In this document: positions 35,884-40,360 of the stretch, piece after piece
Layout: each line of letters begins with the position of its first letter
How positions within the stretch are numbered: the first letter of the stretch is position 1
DNA from: Planctomycetota bacterium
GTDB lineage: Bacteria > Planctomycetota > UBA8108
Length of the DNA stretch: 40,360 nt
Direction: 5' to 3'
Assembly: GCA_046582735.1 (NCBI GenBank)
Contig: JAYGDV010000040.1
Span: 1-40,360 of the forward strand
The notes under the pieces: model-generated
What the model saw: the letters and a program-made list of their open reading frames with translations, nothing else
What the model was told of the DNA's origin: nothing
The model's database searches: none
Program-made: the position numbers and the translations under genes

Positions 35884-38418
35884 ATGAACAGAAGAACAGA
35901 CATGCACCTTCCACGAAAAATAACTGCACGGAGTTCAGCCGCGTGCTCCCGGATGGCCGGGTGGATTGCCGTTGCGTTAGCGGCACTGCTGCCGGCCTGG
36001 CTCGAGGGCAGTGAAGAGACCGCCAGCCGCAGCTTTGCCATGCGCGGAGCCACCATCCACACGATCTCAGGCGATATCCAGGAGAATACGAACCTGGTCG
36101 TCAAGGATGGGAAGATCGTCGCCCTGGGTCAGAAGGTAGTGATTCCCAAGGGCCTGAAGGTTTACGACCTGAAGGGATATGTGGTTATTCCCGGTCTTCT
36201 CGACGCAGAGACCACGCTGGCCAGTGGCAATCGAGACACCCTCGAGAGCGTGTCACCCCATGTCCGGGCCCTCGATGGCTGGGATTATTTCCGCGACAAT
36301 AGGGATCTTCTCAAGGGTGGGGTTACCGCTGTTTATCTCTCCCCGGGAATTGCAGCTTCCAGGACGCGGACGCGGCTTGTTTCGGGCCAGGGTGCTGTCG
36401 TCAAGACTGCCGCCTCCAATGGGGATCCGCTCAGAAGGATCGTTTCTTCTTCGAGCGGGCTGCAGGTAACGCTTGGTGATCTGTCAAAAATCCAGCCCTC
36501 GGTTTATGTTCCCCCGGTGGGCGCTTCACCTGACAACCCCTTCGAGGTGCTCCTGCCGCCTCTTCCCCAGTCCCGCTCGGGAGAGTTCCTGGCCCTGCGC
36601 CAGGTGATCTCCAGGGCCCGGCTTTACAGTGATTCGCTTGCGAAGCACATCAAGGGAAGAGCTGCTGCTCCGGGCTTCGACAGGATCTCCTCTGCCTTCC
36701 ATCCAGTGGTGGCCGGCAGCGACCACCTCCGTGTACGTGCCAACAAGGCCCGGGATATCTATCACATTCTCGAGCTTGCCCGCGAGGCTGGCATCAAGAT
36801 CGTTATCGAGGGTGGGGCTGAGGCTGAACGCCTGACTCCGTGGCTCGTCAAGATGAAGGTCCCGGTGATCTTTCCGGGGGCTTTCCAGCCAGGGAGGCTG
36901 CCCGGCGGAGACCTGCAGAGCCCTGCCATCGAGGGGCGACTGCGTGAGGAATCGATTCTCCGCATGCATCGGGCAGGGGTCAGGGTGATCCTCAACAGCC
37001 CCAGCGATGGAGAGGTGAAGGATCTTCTCCTGCAGGCGGCTGCAGCGGTTCGTCTCGGGATGAAGCCAGCAGAAGCATTGCGGACCATCTCCCTCAATCC
37101 TGCAGAGGTCCTGGGGGTCGCTGACCGTATCGGAAGCATAGCTCCGGGGCGGGATGCGGACCTGGTGGTTCTGGGTGGAGATCCACTTGGCTCTGACAAC
37201 CAGGTCCAGGCAGTCTTTATAGATGGAGAGCTCGTTTTCAATCCTGCTCCTGCGGTGACGTCTGATTGCACGGTTATCCGCGCCGGGCGCCTGGTAACAG
37301 GGAGTGGAACCGAGTATTCCCAGGGTGTCGTTATCGTCAGGAAAGGGAAGATCGAATATGCCGGGCCGGGGCTTGCCCTCGTCTCCGGTGTAAAGGGTGC
37401 GAAGGTAATAGACGCCTCCAGCCAGACGGTGATTCCCGGGTTGATTGATGCGGGTGGAATGGCTGGAACACGGGCAGAGGCGCTGGTTCCCGGGTTTGGA
37501 GCCGGCCAGGGCAGCTCCGGTGCGGGAAAAACGGCTGATTTCCGTCTTGCCGATTCCATCGATCCGCGCGACCCCTCGCTGATGGAACTCGTTCGGGCCG
37601 GGATCACCACGGTATTGATTACCCCGCCGAGCGCCGGCCAGGTCTCGGCCTTGAAGCTCGCCGCCGCTGATCCTGCCAAGGCGCTTATCAGGCCGTATGC
37701 GGCGCAGTATTTCACCAAGTCATCCAGCAAGACGCTCAAGAGTGCCAAGGCCTACCATGACAGCTGGATCCAGTTTGATAAAAAGAAAGAAGCCGCTGCG
37801 GCGGCAGGCAAGGAGTTCAAGGACAAGCCTCCCACGGTGCAGGATGCTTACGAGCCCTACCGGGCCCTGTTCAAGGGAGAGGTCCCGGCCCTGGTCGAGG
37901 TCCCCAATGCTGCCTCCGTGGCAGCCGTGGTGGCTCTCTACAAGGACCAGTACGGGATTCGTGTTCTCTGCAGTGGGTTCTCAGGCCTGCGACAGGATGA
38001 GAACCTCGCAGGGCTGGCCGGTCTCCTTCTTTCGAAGACCGGCGGCATCATCCTGCAGAACCCGCTGATCGTGAAGCAGGATAACCAGCAGGTAAACTGG
38101 CCGCGGAAGTTGAGCGGGCTTGGAGTCATGCTCTCGCTGCGGTCCCGTGTAGCTGGAGGCGCCAGGTTGTTGCCCCTGCAGGTTTCCTACGCGGTTCGAG
38201 AAGGGTGGAACTCCCGCCTTGCTCTGCGGTCGATGACCTCGATTCCGGCTGAACAATTCGGTATTTCCGACCGGGTCGGCACCATCGAGAAGGGCAAGGA
38301 TGCAGACCTGGTTATTCTTTCGGGAGAACCTTTCTCCGTTGCAGCCAGCGTCATGGCCGTCATGGTCGATGGGAAGCTGGTGCACACAGTCGAGCAATTT
38401 GATGGAGAGGTTGAATAG
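35884..38418 (+). CDS. Exported two-module amidohydrolase-fold fusion protein (modules C1, C2), both lacking HxH
   Basis: Starts 19 nt after the previous stop, with a hydrophobic N-terminus (MAGWIAVALAALLPAWLEG). C1 reads PGLLDAETT ... GSIAPGRDADLVVLGGDPL. C2 reads PGLIDAGGM ... GTIEKGKDADLVILSGEPF. The exact start is uncertain (ATG 35884, 35902 or 35953). Confidence 0.8.
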   Translation: MNRRTDMHLPRKITARSSAACSRMAGWIAVALAALLPAWLEGSEETASRSFAMRGATIHTISGDIQENTNLVVKDGKIVALGQKVVIPKGLKVYDLKGYVVIPGLLDAETTLASGNRDTLESVSPHVRALDGWDYFRDNRDLLKGGVTAVYLSPGIAASRTRTRLVSGQGAVVKTAASNGDPLRRIVSSSSGLQVTLGDLSKIQPSVYVPPVGASPDNPFEVLLPPLPQSRSGEFLALRQVISRARLYSDSLAKHIKGRAAAPGFDRISSAFHPVVAGSDHLRVRANKARDIYHILELAREAGIKIVIEGGAEAERLTPWLVKMKVPVIFPGAFQPGRLPGGDLQSPAIEGRLREESILRMHRAGVRVILNSPSDGEVKDLLLQAAAAVRLGMKPAEALRTISLNPAEVLGVADRIGSIAPGRDADLVVLGGDPLGSDNQVQAVFIDGELVFNPAPAVTSDCTVIRAGRLVTGSGTEYSQGVVIVRKGKIEYAGPGLALVSGVKGAKVIDASSQTVIPGLIDAGGMAGTRAEALVPGFGAGQGSSGAGKTADFRLADSIDPRDPSLMELVRAGITTVLITPPSAGQVSALKLAAADPAKALIRPYAAQYFTKSSSKTLKSAKAYHDSWIQFDKKKEAAAAAGKEFKDKPPTVQDAYEPYRALFKGEVPALVEVPNAASVAAVVALYKDQYGIRVLCSGFSGLRQDENLAGLAGLLLSKTGGIILQNPLIVKQDNQQVNWPRKLSGLGVMLSLRSRVAGGARLLPLQVSYAVREGWNSRLALRSMTSIPAEQFGISDRVGTIEKGKDADLVILSGEPFSVAASVMAVMVDGKLVHTVEQFDGEVE

Positions 38419-38420
38419 GG

Positions 38421-39671
38421 ATGAATCGAACCTGCAAGACCTGTATTTTCCTGTTCCTGTTGAGCCTCTACGCTTTGCCGGTTCGTTGCGGCGATCCTGC
38501 AGTTGGGCGGAAATGGGCCATCCGCGGAGGAAAGGTCGTTACCATTACAAAGGGTAACCTCGAGGGGGCGGTCGTGCTTGTATCCGGCAGCCGGATCGAG
38601 AAGATCATCCCCCGCCCCGCTGCAGACTGGAAACCCCCGGCTGGTTACAAGCTCATCGATGCAGGTGAGCGTTGGGTTGTTCCGGGCTTCATCGAGCTGC
38701 ACTCCCATATCGCTGGCGGTGATCTCAACGACATGGTCTACCCGGTGAATCCCGGTTTCAGGACATTGGACAACGTGATTCCCCGCAATGCCCTTCTCAA
38801 GAGGGCGCAGGCCGGCGGCGTGACGACGGCCCTGTTCATTCCCGGAAGCGGCACCAATATGGGTGGCTTCGGAACCCTGATTAAAACGGCAGGCAAAGAT
38901 CTCGATGAAATGCTCATCCGCTTTCCCGGGGCGCTCAAGATTGCCCAAGGTGGAAATCCCGAGCGCAGGGGCGGCGATATTGGCTACTCCAGGATTGGTA
39001 TGAACTGGCTGATCCGCAATGCCCTGAAGGAAGGCCAGGCCTACACCCGGGCATGGGATGCATGGGAGGCGGACAAGACGAAGAAGAAGCCGGTGAAGAA
39101 CCCCCGCCTGGAAATGTTCCGGGGGCTGTTCCACAAGGAATATCCCGTCGTGGTTCATACCCAGGGCTATCACCTGATCCAGTCAACGATCCGTATCCTG
39201 CACGATGAGATGAAACTCTGGGTGGTCATTGACCACGGAACCTTTGACGGTTTCGAGCTGGCACCCGAGGTCGCCAGCCGGGGGATCCAGGTAATGAATG
39301 GCCCGCGTGAGTTTCGCTGGGATACCCGCCTGGGCGGCTTCCGGGGATTGGCCTATGAATGGTATCGCGGTGGAATCAAGACGATCGGCGTCAACACCGA
39401 CTCCCCGGTGGTTCCTGCCGAGGAGCTGATCTACCAGGCATCGATGGCGGTGAGGCTGGGGCTGAAAGAAGACGTTGCGCTTGCCGGTATTACTCTTCAT
39501 GCCGCCCGCGCCCTTGGAATGGAGAAGAGACTGGGCAGCCTGGAGGCCGGCAAGGATGCGGATATCGTCATCTGGACAGGTGATCCGCTCGATCCGCGCC
39601 AGTCTGTGGTGCTGACGATGGTTAACGGAAAGATAGCTTACGACACCAGCAAGGAGCCCCAGAGGTTCTGA
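38421..39671 (+). CDS. Exported amidohydrolase (module D), the only module with an apparently complete metal-ligand set
   Basis: Starts 2 nt after the previous stop, with GGAGAGG upstream. Signal peptide: MNRTCKTCIFLFLLSLYALPVRC. Ligand motifs: PGFIELHSH (HxH), GALKIAQG (Lys), VVVHTQG (His), VIDHGTF (His), GVNTDSP (Asp). The C-terminus reads GSLEAGKDADIVIWTGDPLD. Confidence 0.85.
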   Translation: MNRTCKTCIFLFLLSLYALPVRCGDPAVGRKWAIRGGKVVTITKGNLEGAVVLVSGSRIEKIIPRPAADWKPPAGYKLIDAGERWVVPGFIELHSHIAGGDLNDMVYPVNPGFRTLDNVIPRNALLKRAQAGGVTTALFIPGSGTNMGGFGTLIKTAGKDLDEMLIRFPGALKIAQGGNPERRGGDIGYSRIGMNWLIRNALKEGQAYTRAWDAWEADKTKKKPVKNPRLEMFRGLFHKEYPVVVHTQGYHLIQSTIRILHDEMKLWVVIDHGTFDGFELAPEVASRGIQVMNGPREFRWDTRLGGFRGLAYEWYRGGIKTIGVNTDSPVVPAEELIYQASMAVRLGLKEDVALAGITLHAARALGMEKRLGSLEAGKDADIVIWTGDPLDPRQSVVLTMVNGKIAYDTSKEPQRF

Positions 39672-39689
39672 GCCTGCTGGAGATTTAGA

Positions 39690-40360
39690 ATGAAAACACG
39701 CACTGAACATACCACCGGAAAAGACCGCCGCCGGCTGCGGCTTCGCCTGCTGGTGCTGGCATTGCTGCTGGCACTGGGCCCGGCTCTTGCCGCGGACGAG
39801 GACCTGGTTGCTTACAAGGCTGCCCGGATCGTCAGCAAGGCAGGCCAGAGCGTTTCCCCCGGTTTCCTTCTTGTTCGCAGCGGGAAGGTCGAAAAAGTCC
39901 TGGGCGCAGACGCGAAGCTTCCTGACGGAGCCAGGGTGGTTGATCTCAAGGAAGCGGTCATATTGCCCGGCCTGGTCAATCCGCTCAGTGCCATCAGCCA
40001 GGCCAATTACAGGTCAGGTCCCGGCAGGGCCTCGCAATCCAACTCTTCCCCCAGCGATGGCAGGAAGCTGCTCGGGTCCTCGGGTGTGAACCTGAAGCAC
40101 GAGATCTACCGCCGCCTGGGAAGGACCGGGTATACGACATTCGCAGTCGTTCCGAATGACACCAGGGGGTTGATCGCCGGGCAGGCCTCCGTGATCCGCC
40201 CGGCCCTTGGAAACGAGAAAGAGGCCAAGGAGCTTGTGCTGGCGGAGTCGGCCTACCTCATGCTGGGCTTTGCCTCCGGAAAGGTCTGGTATGACGCCGG
40301 TATCAAGTACCTGAAAAAAGCCGTCGATGGCATCCTGAAGCAGAAGGCCGACAAGAAGAA
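39690..40360 (+). CDS. Exported amidohydrolase-fold protein (module E), 3' end outside the window; HxH absent
   Basis: This ORF is not in the supplied track because it has no stop in the window. ATG 39690 lies 18 nt after the previous stop. My manual translation is open to base 40360: MKTRTEHTTGKDRRRLRLRLLVLALLLALGPALAADEDLVAYKAARIVSKAGQSVSPGFLLVRSGKVEKVLGADAKLPDGARVVDLKEAVILPGLVNPLSAIS...GYTTFAVVPNDTRGLIAGQASVIRP... It has the same module grammar as the four upstream genes. Confidence 0.75.
   Translation, partial: MKTRTEHTTGKDRRRLRLRLLVLALLLALGPALAADEDLVAYKAARIVSKAGQSVSPGFLLVRSGKVEKVLGADAKLPDGARVVDLKEAVILPGLVNPLSAISQANYRSGPGRASQSNSSPSDGRKLLGSSGVNLKHEIYRRLGRTGYTTFAVVPNDTRGLIAGQASVIRPALGNEKEAKELVLAESAYLMLGFASGKVWYDAGIKYLKKAVDGILKQKADKK

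Noticed and set aside
39787-40089. 100-aa + ORF from the track near the window end
   Set aside because: It is out of frame with the longer open frame starting at ATG 39690. That frame has a signal peptide and the amidohydrolase-module grammar shared with the four upstream genes.

Overview
GC-rich bacterial chromosomal window (GC judged by eye, not computed). It is densely coded and I recognised no rRNA, tRNA, CRISPR array, transposase or integrase. The gene content resembles PVC-type or related environmental bacteria, but that is inference only.

Gene order, left to right:
1. The tail of a Bat/VWA-like envelope cluster: a VWA protein, a 3-TM DUF4175-like giant, a secreted coiled-coil protein and a secreted TPR-like protein. 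The last three each carry a glutamine-rich low-complexity tract.
2. A minus-strand operon of archaeal-type glucose dehydrogenase, an HD hydrolase and a SolA-like FAD oxidase.
3. An exported NHLRC2-like thioredoxin/NHL-propeller protein, a PhnP-like MBL hydrolase, an Lnt-like protein, a stand-alone HNH endonuclease, an SDR and ChrA.
4. A 1304-aa FHA/Hanks-kinase/TM/lectin-like/EF-hand protein, followed 24 nt later by a 1070-aa malectin/FN3/CotH/lamin-tail protein.
5. A secreted HEAT/TPR protein, a DtxR/MntR-type regulator and transketolase.
6. From about 30.4 kb to the window end, a tightly spaced co-directional array of five genes, all with signal peptides. Together they encode at least eight amidohydrolase-fold modules, including one 3-module and one 2-module fusion.

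By my hand alignment only one of the eight modules keeps the full metal-ligand set. I consider this array the best candidate for an undescribed system: an exported assembly with one catalytic subunit and many pseudoenzyme modules.

Many long antisense or alternative-frame ORFs in the supplied track are GC-driven artefacts. Several track ORFs have spurious N-terminal extensions.
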